DNA from: an uncultured Gammaproteobacteria bacterium
GTDB taxonomy: Bacteria; Patescibacteriota; Microgenomatia; Levybacterales; GWA1-39-11
NCBI GenBank assembly: GCA_964537315.1
Contig: CAZIAP010000001.1
Span: 379,926-443,925 of the forward strand
DNA: 64,000 nucleotides
Reading direction: 5' to 3'
A program made the translations under genes and the position numbers. The notes under the pieces were generated by a model that did no database searches, was not told the origin of the DNA, and saw nothing but the letters and a program-made list of their open reading frames with translations. Shown here one piece after another: positions 48,851 to 58,403 of this stretch; position 1 is the first letter of the stretch; each line of letters begins with the position of its first letter.

Positions 48851-48878
48851 TGTATTAATGTATTAATACATCAATACA
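48851..48878. promoter_or_regulatory. palindrome copy 3 (solo), upstream of tsaE
   Basis: TGTATTAATGTATTAATACATCAATACA; 48858-48878 is identical to 26855-26875. Confidence 0.75.
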
Positions 48879-48918
48879 AATAAATATACAGTAATAATTT
48901 ATCTTTATTAAAGTATTG

Positions 48919-49734
48919 TTATACCTTTCGATATTTCCTAAAAAGGAGTATACCACAGGCAGAAAGAAGTAAGACGCTGCTTGAAATAAACATAACTCCT
49001 CCGGTTATATTATCTGCGGCATCAAGTTTATGAAGTGTAGATTTATTAGAACTCTTATTTCCACTTTCATCTACTATGTTAGAATTTCCAAGAACAGCCT
49101 CATCGGTTGCACTTTCTTGATCAGATTCTTCTTCAATAAAGTCAGTCGGAGTATTGGTACCAGTCGGGACATCAGTTGAGGTAGGAACCTTCGTAGATGT
49201 AGGGTCTTTAGCCATAGTAGGAACTTTTGTTGCGGTAGGAGCTTTGGTTGGAGCAAGAGTTTTGGTTGGTGTCTGCGTAGGAGGAAAGTATACCTGAGCG
49301 TTGCCATTTGATAGTCCTTTTGTTCCAATACTAAATATTACCCAACTATCTGCACCGTCTTGAGCTCTCCCTACACTCTGCCCTGAGCCGGGTGCTGGAA
49401 GGTCAGTAACACCATAATTAACAGGGGCGACGGGAACTTTTCCTCCAATTATACGAATACTGTCTATATCCTGATTTAACTTGTCCCAATCAATAACAAA
49501 AAATCCTCTTGCAGGCACAGTTCCTTGAAGCTCTTTTTTATTATTATTACTCTCGGAACTGTCTCTTAATAAAAGTCCATCTAATGATATATCCTCATCT
49601 GTCGGGTTATAAAGCTCAATCCAATCATCTGAACCAGCTGAAGAAAATTCATTTATCTGAATCTGACCGTAAACAGGATATGCGGATAAAAATCCGAATA
49701 TGAAGAGGCACGCAGATATCAATGCATACCGCAT
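48919..49734 (-). CDS. lamin-tail-domain surface protein with PT-rich repeats and C-terminal TM
   Basis: 'QINEF....DWIELYNPT...ISL.G..L.D', signal peptide, hexapeptide PTxxxx repeats. Confidence 0.85.
   Translation of the reverse strand: MRYALISACLFIFGFLSAYPVYGQIQINEFSSAGSDDWIELYNPTDEDISLDGLLLRDSSESNNNKKELQGTVPARGFFVIDWDKLNQDIDSIRIIGGKVPVAPVNYGVTDLPAPGSGQSVGRAQDGADSWVIFSIGTKGLSNGNAQVYFPPTQTPTKTLAPTKAPTATKVPTMAKDPTSTKVPTSTDVPTGTNTPTDFIEEESDQESATDEAVLGNSNIVDESGNKSSNKSTLHKLDAADNITGGVMFISSSVLLLSACGILLFRKYRKV
49143..49285 (-). repeat. coding 18-bp degenerate repeats (PTATKV/PTMAKD/PTSTKV/PTSTDV/PTGTNT)
   Basis: Six-residue periodicity in the translation. Confidence 0.7.
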
Positions 49735-49798
49735 GTAAATATTTAACAGATAACTAATCCGTTACAGTTTTTATACTATCAGTATATAGAAGAGGAAA

Positions 49799-51070
49799 CT
49801 AGTAGTTAATATGCAGATATAATGTGTCTACTCCACCCTCGTCGTGTTTTACTTTCACGTATCTTAAACGGCATCCACCTGATCCCGCGTAACTTCCTTG
49901 GTATAGTGTTCCACTTTTAACAGCACGTACTGTTTGTGATCCTGAAGATCCAATATCTATTCCATCATGAAATCTATACACCTGTCCAACCCACGTATTT
50001 CTAACTGCCCAAGTCTCTCCATATCCTTGGTTATACTGAATACGAGGATCTATCGGCCATCTCCATGATCCTGATGGATTAAATGGATCTCCTCCGGAAT
50101 TATTTGTATGATCAATCGATGAAAGATAATTAAATGGATTTTGAGACCTTCCCCCAGAACTTACAATAAAATGTAGATGAGTTCCACTGGAGTTACAGGA
50201 AGCGCCTTGTATAATTGAGGCGATCCGATCACCTTCATTCACTTTACCCACCTCAGTCTCTGTACCTCTTCCTGCAATAATGCCCTGAATTGACTCGTAC
50301 TCTGCTCTTGCTTCAGCCAGTAAGTTTTGATACTTTTTTTCATCATTGTTAGTCGCTACTAACAAATCTCTTTTTTTGCTTTTTTCTGACTCCAGCTGCT
50401 TGTTATATGTTGCAAGCTGCTCGCGAAGCGCTTTGGCTTCGTTTTGTTTTTCTTCAAACAATGATTGTTCCTGTGCATAAGTTTTTTTTGCTTGCTCTGC
50501 TGCATAAATCTGACGTTTGTCATACAGCTGCATTACCTCAAGATACTTTAAACGTGTCAAAAAATTAGAGATGGAATCCGATGAAAACAACATTTGGATC
50601 GGATCTATTTTTCCGAAAGCGTATGTTGCGGATACTCTTTCCACAAGTGCTTTGGATACGGCTTGGATATTGGTCTCAAGTCCTAGAACTTTATCTTTTG
50701 TAATTTCAATACTATCCTCTAACTCGGAAATCTTTTTCTCTGTTTCCGCAACTCTCAACTCTGCTATAGCAATTTGATTGTTTACAAGCTTGATTTGTGA
50801 ATCAAGAGTTTTTGCTTGACCTTGAAGCTCACCAATTTTTTCTTCATACTCTTTAATTTTGTCTTCAAGTTCATTTTTCTTTCCATCATCTGGTTTGTTT
50901 GTGGGCGTAGGTGTACCTGTAGGGGTTACTGTTCCGGTCGGCGTATTCGCAAATACCTGGTCTAGGTTAAAGATAAATAAAGCAGCTAGTACAATAATTG
51001 AAAGACAGGCTAGCCTTCTTAAGCCAGCTTTACGAAATAAATCAGCAGGTAGTTTATCGTATTTTTGCAT
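49799..51070 (-). CDS. coiled-coil plus M23 peptidase (PcsB/EnvC-like FtsEX partner)
   Basis: Signal/TM, long heptad region, 'GTHLHF' and 'HDGID'; directly after ftsX. Confidence 0.85.
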   Translation of the reverse strand: MQKYDKLPADLFRKAGLRRLACLSIIVLAALFIFNLDQVFANTPTGTVTPTGTPTPTNKPDDGKKNELEDKIKEYEEKIGELQGQAKTLDSQIKLVNNQIAIAELRVAETEKKISELEDSIEITKDKVLGLETNIQAVSKALVERVSATYAFGKIDPIQMLFSSDSISNFLTRLKYLEVMQLYDKRQIYAAEQAKKTYAQEQSLFEEKQNEAKALREQLATYNKQLESEKSKKRDLLVATNNDEKKYQNLLAEARAEYESIQGIIAGRGTETEVGKVNEGDRIASIIQGASCNSSGTHLHFIVSSGGRSQNPFNYLSSIDHTNNSGGDPFNPSGSWRWPIDPRIQYNQGYGETWAVRNTWVGQVYRFHDGIDIGSSGSQTVRAVKSGTLYQGSYAGSGGCRLRYVKVKHDEGGVDTLYLHINY

Positions 51071-51075
51071 ATCGG

Positions 51076-51963
51076 TTACTTTAAGTATCGAAGGACTGCC
51101 ACGTAGCTTGCAAAAATTCCTAATAACAGAGCAATAATTAGTTCTGCACCAAGTATCTGCAAAATTGCCAAAGGTGGAATAGGAAATACGGGTACTCCTT
51201 TAAGGAACGATTCCAAAATCGGCGTAGTATATAACAGTAATCCGTATGAAATTAACCAACCAATCATTGCACCCATAGCACCGTAAATAATTCCCTCCAG
51301 TAGAAATGGAGTACGTATAAACCAGTTAGATGCACCTATTAATTTCATTGTCTCGATTTCTTCACGACGAGAAGTAATTTTAATACCAATAATAGTCACC
51401 ACAACAAATATAGATACAGTTACAAGAATTGTAATTATTCCGAACCCTATTATTCTAAACGCATTTGTCCAAGAGATTAATGTGTCAATGATTTCTTCCT
51501 GGAATACTACTCTATCTACAAACTCTGAAGTACCAACTACAGATGCGAGACTTCTTAAGTCTTCAGGGCGTTGTGCTTGCACCTCCAGTGAAGCAGGTAG
51601 AATATCTGCTGTAACCAGTTCAACAAGCTCAGGCTCATCCTGATTAATATTTTTATAGATTTGTAGAGCTTCTTCTTTAGATATATAAGTTACTTGAGCT
51701 GTTTTTCCTGTTGCCTGCAATTGCGCTCTCAACGAGTCAATCTCAGAGATTTCGGCCGTATCTTTAAAAAAGATAGTTAACTGAGGACGAGTTTCAAAAT
51801 AATTAATAAGGTTTACCGAAACCATAGTAAGCGCGGCAAAAATAGAAATTGCGAAAAACGTAAGCGTCATTATTAGCGTGGCAGAAAGCGCCTTATATGG
51901 AGATCGTCGAATGTATTTACCAGCTGTTTTAAGATGTTTCATTAGTTTCTCCTTTCTTTTCAT
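51076..51963 (-). CDS. ftsX: cell division permease FtsX
   Basis: 'ISKEEAL', 'LPASLEV', 'RREEIETMKLIGASNWFIRTPFLLEG'; alternative start 51942. Confidence 0.93.
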   Translation of the reverse strand: MKRKEKLMKHLKTAGKYIRRSPYKALSATLIMTLTFFAISIFAALTMVSVNLINYFETRPQLTIFFKDTAEISEIDSLRAQLQATGKTAQVTYISKEEALQIYKNINQDEPELVELVTADILPASLEVQAQRPEDLRSLASVVGTSEFVDRVVFQEEIIDTLISWTNAFRIIGFGIITILVTVSIFVVVTIIGIKITSRREEIETMKLIGASNWFIRTPFLLEGIIYGAMGAMIGWLISYGLLLYTTPILESFLKGVPVFPIPPLAILQILGAELIIALLLGIFASYVAVLRYLK

Positions 51964-52705
51964 GCTTTTCCTCTTCTTTTTTGTTTTCGTGTTCTGAGTG
52001 ATGAGTCGTATGTTTTGATTCGCTGTGCTCTTTCTTCACTGTTGATGGTTTATCCGAAACAATTTTTCCTTTATCAATGGTAATAACCCGCTGTTTAGCT
52101 TTCTCAATTATTTCTTTATTATGAGTCGTCATAAGAATTGTGGTGCCTCTTTTATTTATACTTTCGAGTAAATCTATAATCTGATAAGAAGTTTCTGAAT
52201 CCAGGTTTCCTGTAGGTTCGTCTGCCAGAAGTACGTGTGGGTTAAAAATTAAAGCACGGGCAATGGCTACGCGCTGACGTTCTCCTCCTGACAACTGTAA
52301 TGGGAACTTTTCTTTTTTATCAGAAAGCCCAACTTGGATTAATATTTCTTCTGCTTGCTTTTTAGCGTCTTTTTCACTAACTCCTGTAAACTGAAGTGGG
52401 AGGATAACATTCTCAATTACAGTTCTGTCCATAAGAAGCTTGAGGTCCTGAAAAATAACTCCAACTACACGTCTAAGTTGAGGAATTTTACCACCAGAAA
52501 TCTTTGCTACATTTATGTCTCCAACTAAAACTTCACCTTCATCTGCGATCAAATCACGGATAATAAGACGAAATACAGTAGTCTTACCCGAACCGGTAGG
52601 GCCAACAAGGTATACAAAATCACCCTTTTCAAGAGAAAAGGAGACATTTTCGACTGCAACGAAATCTTTACCGAATTTTTTGGTTACATTTGTAAATTGA
52701 ATCAT
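51929..52705 (-). CDS. ftsE: cell division ATP-binding protein FtsE
   Basis: 'GPTGSGKTT', 'FQDLKLL', 'LSGGERQR', 'ADEPTGNLD'. Confidence 0.93.
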   Translation of the reverse strand: MIQFTNVTKKFGKDFVAVENVSFSLEKGDFVYLVGPTGSGKTTVFRLIIRDLIADEGEVLVGDINVAKISGGKIPQLRRVVGVIFQDLKLLMDRTVIENVILPLQFTGVSEKDAKKQAEEILIQVGLSDKKEKFPLQLSGGERQRVAIARALIFNPHVLLADEPTGNLDSETSYQIIDLLESINKRGTTILMTTHNKEIIEKAKQRVITIDKGKIVSDKPSTVKKEHSESKHTTHHSEHENKKEEEKHEKKGETNETS

Positions 52706-52786
52706 GATGATTATTCTGCAGAGCAGAATAGTTCTGGATTATTAAAAATCATTGTGAATCTATTACCCAGATCCTGCCTTGCAGGA

Positions 52787-53254
52787 TTAGTCCAATACTT
52801 GTAACCTGCCTACGTCCATGAGCCAGCCAGCACTTTGTGCTGTTTGAGTCTGACCCCAAACTTTTACTTTTCGTCCGACAAAAGGAGAGAGGTCAAGAAC
52901 AGAGGATGTAAGATAAACATTCTGAGACTCTCCTCCAGGTCTCTGTAAATGATAAGCTCCCTCTCCATCAATTCCGCCTTCAGTTAAAGTACCCTCTGCA
53001 TTATCAGTAAAATCACTGGCTTCGGATCCAATAACGTCTCCTTTATTTACCGTAACGCCGTTTGTCGTGATTGAGTCTGAGCCACCCGTCGGAGTGGCAG
53101 AAGAAGGACTTACTACATTAGATATGATAAAACCGCTTCCCAAGCCGAGAAGAACGAACATAAACAATGCTATTATTACACTTTTATTCATACTTGTACC
53201 TGTCGATTCTGTATTCAATTCGTGGATTAACGATTCTTTTGAGTCCATATTCAA
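52787..53254 (-). CDS. hypothetical membrane-anchored protein, OB-fold-like C-terminus
   Basis: TM helix, then 'DLSPFVGRKVKVWG'; start uncertain. Confidence 0.65.
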   Translation of the reverse strand: MNMDSKESLIHELNTESTGTSMNKSVIIALFMFVLLGLGSGFIISNVVSPSSATPTGGSDSITTNGVTVNKGDVIGSEASDFTDNAEGTLTEGGIDGEGAYHLQRPGGESQNVYLTSSVLDLSPFVGRKVKVWGQTQTAQSAGWLMDVGRLQVLD

Positions 53255-53314
53255 ATTTTAGTAAACCATATTTCTGTAAGTTTTACAACTTTTTGTTCGT
53301 ATATCCTTACCCTT

Positions 53315-54319
53315 TTATTCCTCTTTAAGCTGTGCCTCAACAAACAAATCAATATTACCATCCAGAACAGCTTCTACGTTTCCAGTCTCAGCTTTACTAC
53401 GAAGATCTTTAACCATCTGATATGGATGCAACACATATGATCGGATTTGGTTTCCCCAAGACGGAGGAGTATAACTACCTTTTAGTTCTTCTTTTTGCTT
53501 TTGCAGTTCCTCTTGTTTTTTTGCCCAAAGTTTTGCTTTTAAAAGCTTTAGCGCGTAATCTCTATTCTGCGCTTGGTATCTTTCAGACTGACAGGTCACA
53601 ACAATGCCGCTCGGCACGTGCTTCACTCTAACAGCAGAGGATACTTTTTGTACGTTCTGTCCTCCATGTGATGAGGCTCTGAAAAAATCCCATTCTAAAT
53701 CATCCTCTTTAATCTCAACGTCTTCGTATTGGTCAATCTGTGGCAAAACCTCGACGAGTGAAAAGGAAGTATGTCTCAACTGATCTGAGTTAAATGGAGA
53801 AAGTCTAACTAGCCTATGAACTCCCTGCTCATTTTTAAGATAGCCATATGCAAAACTTCCTTGCACAAGTATAGTTGCGTTTTTTATACCTGCTTCGTCA
53901 CCTGGAGTATAATCTATGGTTTCAAATTGCCAACCCTTCTTTTCAAAATACCGAGTATACATACGATAAAGCATTGATGCCCAATCCATTGCGTCTGCGC
54001 CCCCCTGGCCAGCGTGAACCGAAAATATTGCGTTATCTTTATCGTACTGTCCGGATAGATATAGTAGTACCTCTAGCTCTTTTAACATCGACTCGAGACC
54101 GTATGTATCTCCAGACTCAATCATTTCTTTAATTAGCTCCGCGTCATCAATTTCTTTTTGAAGCGCTGCCATCTCTTTCATCATATTCGCAGCTCTTTCG
54201 CCGTCTTTCCAAAAATCAGGATTAATACTTTCTGCTTCAATTTCACGGATACGAGTCTTTTTTTCCGGAACATTAATCTTTGACAATACCGTTTCAGCTC
54301 GTTGAGTAATTTCGTTCAT
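53315..54319 (-). CDS. prfB: peptide chain release factor 2 (no programmed frameshift)
   Basis: 'GVHRLVRLSPF', 'GGQ', 'WGNQIRSYV'; TTTACA-18-TAAAAT ends 8 nt before ATG 54319. Confidence 0.95.
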   Translation of the reverse strand: MNEITQRAETVLSKINVPEKKTRIREIEAESINPDFWKDGERAANMMKEMAALQKEIDDAELIKEMIESGDTYGLESMLKELEVLLYLSGQYDKDNAIFSVHAGQGGADAMDWASMLYRMYTRYFEKKGWQFETIDYTPGDEAGIKNATILVQGSFAYGYLKNEQGVHRLVRLSPFNSDQLRHTSFSLVEVLPQIDQYEDVEIKEDDLEWDFFRASSHGGQNVQKVSSAVRVKHVPSGIVVTCQSERYQAQNRDYALKLLKAKLWAKKQEELQKQKEELKGSYTPPSWGNQIRSYVLHPYQMVKDLRSKAETGNVEAVLDGNIDLFVEAQLKEE

Positions 54320-54364
54320 GTCATTGGATTTTAACAAAAGGTTAGCTGTGTTGTAAATTTATTA

Positions 54365-55639
54365 TTAAATTCCCTGACCAGTTGCAAGAAGAAACACCAT
54401 AAGCAAAGAAGCTGTAATAGTAAGCGCAGTAATAATTATTCCCAGAATATTGGAGTAAATGGAGTTAGTAAACCCCTGCATTATTTTATTATTATTTGTA
54501 ATAATCAAAATCATAATCAACAGAGGAGGAGCTACAATTCCGTTGAGTATTGCTGTATAGAATAACATTCTAAAAGGCTCAATAGGAGTAAAGTTTACGA
54601 GTAAACCAATTAGCGTAGCTACGGTTATTATGCCGTAGAATCCATGCGCCTGTCTGAATTTCCAGTATAATCCAGCTTTCCAACTAAATGCTTCTGACAA
54701 TGCGTATGCTGCTGAACCCGCAAGAACAGGTACTGACAGCAAACCTGTACCTATAATTCCTGCAGAAAATAAGATATAGGCGTAGTCACCTGCTAGTGGT
54801 CTAAGTGCCTGCGCTGCTTGTGTAGCTGTTTCAATCTGAAGTATTCCATTTACACCTAATGTTGAAGCGGTCGTTAGAATTATAAAAAACATAATTGCGT
54901 TGGAAAATAGCATACCTATAATAGTATCGACCCGTAGCTTGCTAATGTCTGATCGAGTGGGCTTAGGTGCTTCTCTGCCCTTAAAACTCAGCTTATTATG
55001 TACGCGAAGTTCATCCACTTCTTCATTCGCTTGCCAGAAAAATAAATACGGGGACATTGTCGCACCTAAAATCGCCAATACTACAAAAACTGACTCCTTT
55101 CTAAACTCAATGTTTGGTACAAATGTATGAATTACGACCTCACTCCAGTTAATATCAACCAAGAACGCAGTAACCACATATGCTAGCAGTGAAAATGCTA
55201 AATACTTTAGATAACGAGCATACAGTTTATAAGAAACAAAAACCTCTAATATAAGAGTTAAAACTGTCAAGCTGATTAAAATAACTGTAAAAGGGATATC
55301 CCACAATAATCTTACTGAAGAAGCCATTGCGCCAAGATTTGCGCCGATGTTTACCGTGTTTGCGACAAGCAGTAAAAATACACAAAAATATAATAGCTTT
55401 GCACCGTAGTATTGTCTGATTACGCCTGACAACCCTTTTCCTGTAACAAGCCCTATGCGACCGCACATTTCCTGAATTATTGCCATGAAAATAAAGGTAA
55501 AAAACGGAGTCCACAGCAAACCTGTACCAAACCTTGCACCAGTTTGTGCGTATGTCGCGATTCCTGATGGATCATCATCTGCAGCGCCTGTGATAAATCC
55601 TGGTCCTAACGCTCTAAGAAACTTCCTAATTTTTTTCAT
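54365..55639 (-). CDS. NRAMP-family divalent metal transporter
   Basis: 'LGPGFITGAADDDPSGIATY', 'GATMSPYLFFWQ'. Confidence 0.9.
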   Translation of the reverse strand: MKKIRKFLRALGPGFITGAADDDPSGIATYAQTGARFGTGLLWTPFFTFIFMAIIQEMCGRIGLVTGKGLSGVIRQYYGAKLLYFCVFLLLVANTVNIGANLGAMASSVRLLWDIPFTVILISLTVLTLILEVFVSYKLYARYLKYLAFSLLAYVVTAFLVDINWSEVVIHTFVPNIEFRKESVFVVLAILGATMSPYLFFWQANEEVDELRVHNKLSFKGREAPKPTRSDISKLRVDTIIGMLFSNAIMFFIILTTASTLGVNGILQIETATQAAQALRPLAGDYAYILFSAGIIGTGLLSVPVLAGSAAYALSEAFSWKAGLYWKFRQAHGFYGIITVATLIGLLVNFTPIEPFRMLFYTAILNGIVAPPLLIMILIITNNNKIMQGFTNSIYSNILGIIITALTITASLLMVFLLATGQGI

Positions 55640-55683
55640 GTATTTATCGTACAGTAACGGATATAGTTTGTATAGACTTTATT

Positions 55684-56058
55684 TCAATTACAGATCTGGG
55701 GACAAATAACTTTTTCTATACCTTTATCTGACGCTTGCAGTTCCAGGAGGAAGTCTAGTACATTACCGACTACTGTAAAGTCTTGTTTTGAGAGATTTTG
55801 TATCTGATCTTGAGCTACTTTCAATAAAGTATCTTTATCTTCTGCTTTAGGTAAACGAACGTGTTCAGGGATTGAGTCGTTTTCTCCCCCTGTAATCTGA
55901 TCTGCATATCCAACAAGTACATTGCTGACATATGAAAGACTCATAATAGTTCCAAAAATTAAAACAGCAAACAAAGCAACCGCAACTCCAACTCTTTTTA
56001 GACTCAGTACCTTCTCCTCTTCCTGTTTCTCAGGCTGTGGCTTTAATTTTTTTTTCAT
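55684..56058 (-). CDS. hypothetical membrane protein
   Basis: One TM helix, C-terminal C-x3-C. Confidence 0.6.
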   Translation of the reverse strand: MKKKLKPQPEKQEEEKVLSLKRVGVAVALFAVLIFGTIMSLSYVSNVLVGYADQITGGENDSIPEHVRLPKAEDKDTLLKVAQDQIQNLSKQDFTVVGNVLDFLLELQASDKGIEKVICPQICN

Positions 56059-56070
56059 ATACGACTACCT

Positions 56071-57093
56071 TTATTTTAGTGTCTTATCAAAAAATTGTAC
56101 TGTGTTATCTACTGCGGGGTAAAGTCCTTTTTCGCTTAGATCGTGATCATCACCTTGGTATTCATACAACTCTACATAGGTATATTCCTCGAGCTGTGAG
56201 CTCAATTTTTTAGAAAACTCTACTGGAACAACCGGATCTTTTACCGCGTGATGTAACTGCACAGGTATTTTAATATTTTTTAAATAAGCTGTAGGAGAGA
56301 TTTTATTCCAAAATTTTTGATTTTCGTTAATTGATCCAAACTGTTTCTCTAAAGTTTCTGGCCTGACTACTTCTTTATTATCTGAAGTTTTCCAAACTGT
56401 ACTATCGTTCCAATGAAATAAAAGGTCATTATATGAACCCACTACTCCAGACCACATTGAAGCACTCTTTATCTCAGGATTGACTGTAATACTTCTCAGT
56501 AAGATATTTCCCCCCATCGAGTGTCCCCATACACCTATATTTGTTGAGTCTACACCTTTATAACGCTTGATCGATGATACAGCATTTAAAAAATCCTGTG
56601 TATATCCCGCAGAAAAATATGCTCCTTCAGCTTCTCCCTCAGATTTACCGTGCCCACGAAAATCTGGCATAAAAATCACATAACCATTTCGTGCGAGACC
56701 ATCGACCAACTCTGTATATAAAGATCCCGTAGAATACTCTTTTGGAGGTACATAACCGTGTGCCATCACAATCGCAGGTGATCCTGTACTTGATTTTTTG
56801 CTGTGTGGAACCGCTAATAGTGAATATACTTTCTTACCATCTGAGATGTAACTCGCAACATAGCGATTATAGTTCTTTCCATGAGGCAACTCTTCTTCAA
56901 TAATAATTTCGCTTCCGGGATAAGCAATATGTTTCATGACATCTATAATTAAGGGGTGAGTGTATTCTGTATATGGAAAGTTTTGTAAATTCATCCCATT
57001 TTGATGTTTTTCTTGCGCCTTGGCGACAAACACAATACTAAAGAACATTACAACACATAAGATAACAACGTATTGCCAAAGAAATTTTTTCAT
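56071..57093 (-). CDS. exported alpha/beta hydrolase (peptidase S9-like)
   Basis: 'HGY', 'GHSMGG', 'DPVVP', 'DDHDL'. Confidence 0.88.
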   Translation of the reverse strand: MKKFLWQYVVILCVVMFFSIVFVAKAQEKHQNGMNLQNFPYTEYTHPLIIDVMKHIAYPGSEIIIEEELPHGKNYNRYVASYISDGKKVYSLLAVPHSKKSSTGSPAIVMAHGYVPPKEYSTGSLYTELVDGLARNGYVIFMPDFRGHGKSEGEAEGAYFSAGYTQDFLNAVSSIKRYKGVDSTNIGVWGHSMGGNILLRSITVNPEIKSASMWSGVVGSYNDLLFHWNDSTVWKTSDNKEVVRPETLEKQFGSINENQKFWNKISPTAYLKNIKIPVQLHHAVKDPVVPVEFSKKLSSQLEEYTYVELYEYQGDDHDLSEKGLYPAVDNTVQFFDKTLK

Positions 57094-57214
57094 GGAATAA
57101 AATTTAGGAAGCTATTTAAAATAGTGTCTATATAACTATATGCACACTAGCAATAATTTTGCAAATTACTTATGCCCGCTTTATTTCATCATAATTTATT
57201 TTTATAATTGATAT

Positions 57215-58402
57215 ATGCATATTACTTCGCGAAGATACTCCAGAGTAGTACGGTTTGGATTACTAATAGCCGCAGGAGTGACAGTTCTTCTCGCATCATC
57301 TGTCTTTTACTTTCTAACTGTAAACACTGATCAAGAAATATCAAAACAGTCAGACGAAGAAAACCATCTAAGATCACAACTTGCTCAAACACAACAGGAG
57401 CTTGATAAGCTAAAAAACGAAGATCAGGTTAAAACTAATCTGCAAAATAAAGAGGAAATAGAAAATATACAAAAAACATATAAACAAACTTTAGTTGCAT
57501 ACGAGGCACTACTAGATATTAGTCCTACGAATAAGGACTATACCAGACTTTCAGAGCTTATTGCACAGTCACTAGGACAGCTTTCAGAACGGAATTATGC
57601 ATCTGCACAGGCGACACTTACAGTACTGAACCAGGAAATTGAGAAACAGAAACAAACTCAAGCAGCTGAGTTTAAGATTCCTCAAAACGTTACTGAAAGC
57701 ACAAGTCCTCCTCAGTCAGGTTACTCTAGACAGCAGGTTCCCACATCTATTGGAACTTTCATGGTAGATATTGTATCCGCCGATCTTAGTAATACTCGCG
57801 TCATTGTAGACACAGCATCGGACTCTAATTGTGCCAATGACTGTCCTGTACTATCACTTGGTGACTACGTTTCCCGAAACGGTGCATTTGCTGGGATTAA
57901 CGGATCATATTTCTGTCCAGCTTCGTACCCGTCTTGCTCAGGAAAAACTAACTCCTTTGATACTTTATTGATGAACAAAAACAAGGTCTACTTCAACTCC
58001 GATAATAATGTCTATAGTACAGTTCCAGCTGTCATCTTTACAGGGAACGGAGTACGCTTTGTATCTAAGTCTATGGAATGGGGTAGAGACACAGGAATTG
58101 ATAGTATGATCGCAAACCAGTCACTGCTGGTGTTTGGTGGAAATAACGTATTTGCCGGAGATGGCGAAATCAAGCGTTCTGGTAAAGGTTCACGGAGCTT
58201 TATAGGAAATAAGGGTAATACAGTATATATCGGAGTTGTACACAATGCCTCTGCTGCAGAGATGTCGTATGTATTACATACTATGGGTATGGATAACGCT
58301 CTCAATTTAGATAGCGGAGGTTCAACTGCTCTATGGTCTGGAGGATATAAAGTAGGTCCCGGAAGAAATATACCAAACGCGATTCTATTTGTGAGAAAGT
58401 AA
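57215..58402 (+). CDS. phosphodiester glycosidase (NAGPA) family protein with coiled coil
   Basis: 'AGINGSYF', 'RSFIG', 'ALNLDSGGSTAL', 'R.IPNAI'. Confidence 0.87.
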   Translation: MHITSRRYSRVVRFGLLIAAGVTVLLASSVFYFLTVNTDQEISKQSDEENHLRSQLAQTQQELDKLKNEDQVKTNLQNKEEIENIQKTYKQTLVAYEALLDISPTNKDYTRLSELIAQSLGQLSERNYASAQATLTVLNQEIEKQKQTQAAEFKIPQNVTESTSPPQSGYSRQQVPTSIGTFMVDIVSADLSNTRVIVDTASDSNCANDCPVLSLGDYVSRNGAFAGINGSYFCPASYPSCSGKTNSFDTLLMNKNKVYFNSDNNVYSTVPAVIFTGNGVRFVSKSMEWGRDTGIDSMIANQSLLVFGGNNVFAGDGEIKRSGKGSRSFIGNKGNTVYIGVVHNASAAEMSYVLHTMGMDNALNLDSGGSTALWSGGYKVGPGRNIPNAILFVRK

Positions 58403-58403
58403 A

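Noticed and set aside
26846-48878. The three palindromes as CRISPR repeats or IS ends
   Set aside because: No regular spacers, cas genes, transposase or target-site duplication.
52710-52790. Three small hairpins upstream of ftsE
   Set aside because: Short stems with 3-nt loops, no U tract and no recognisable motif.
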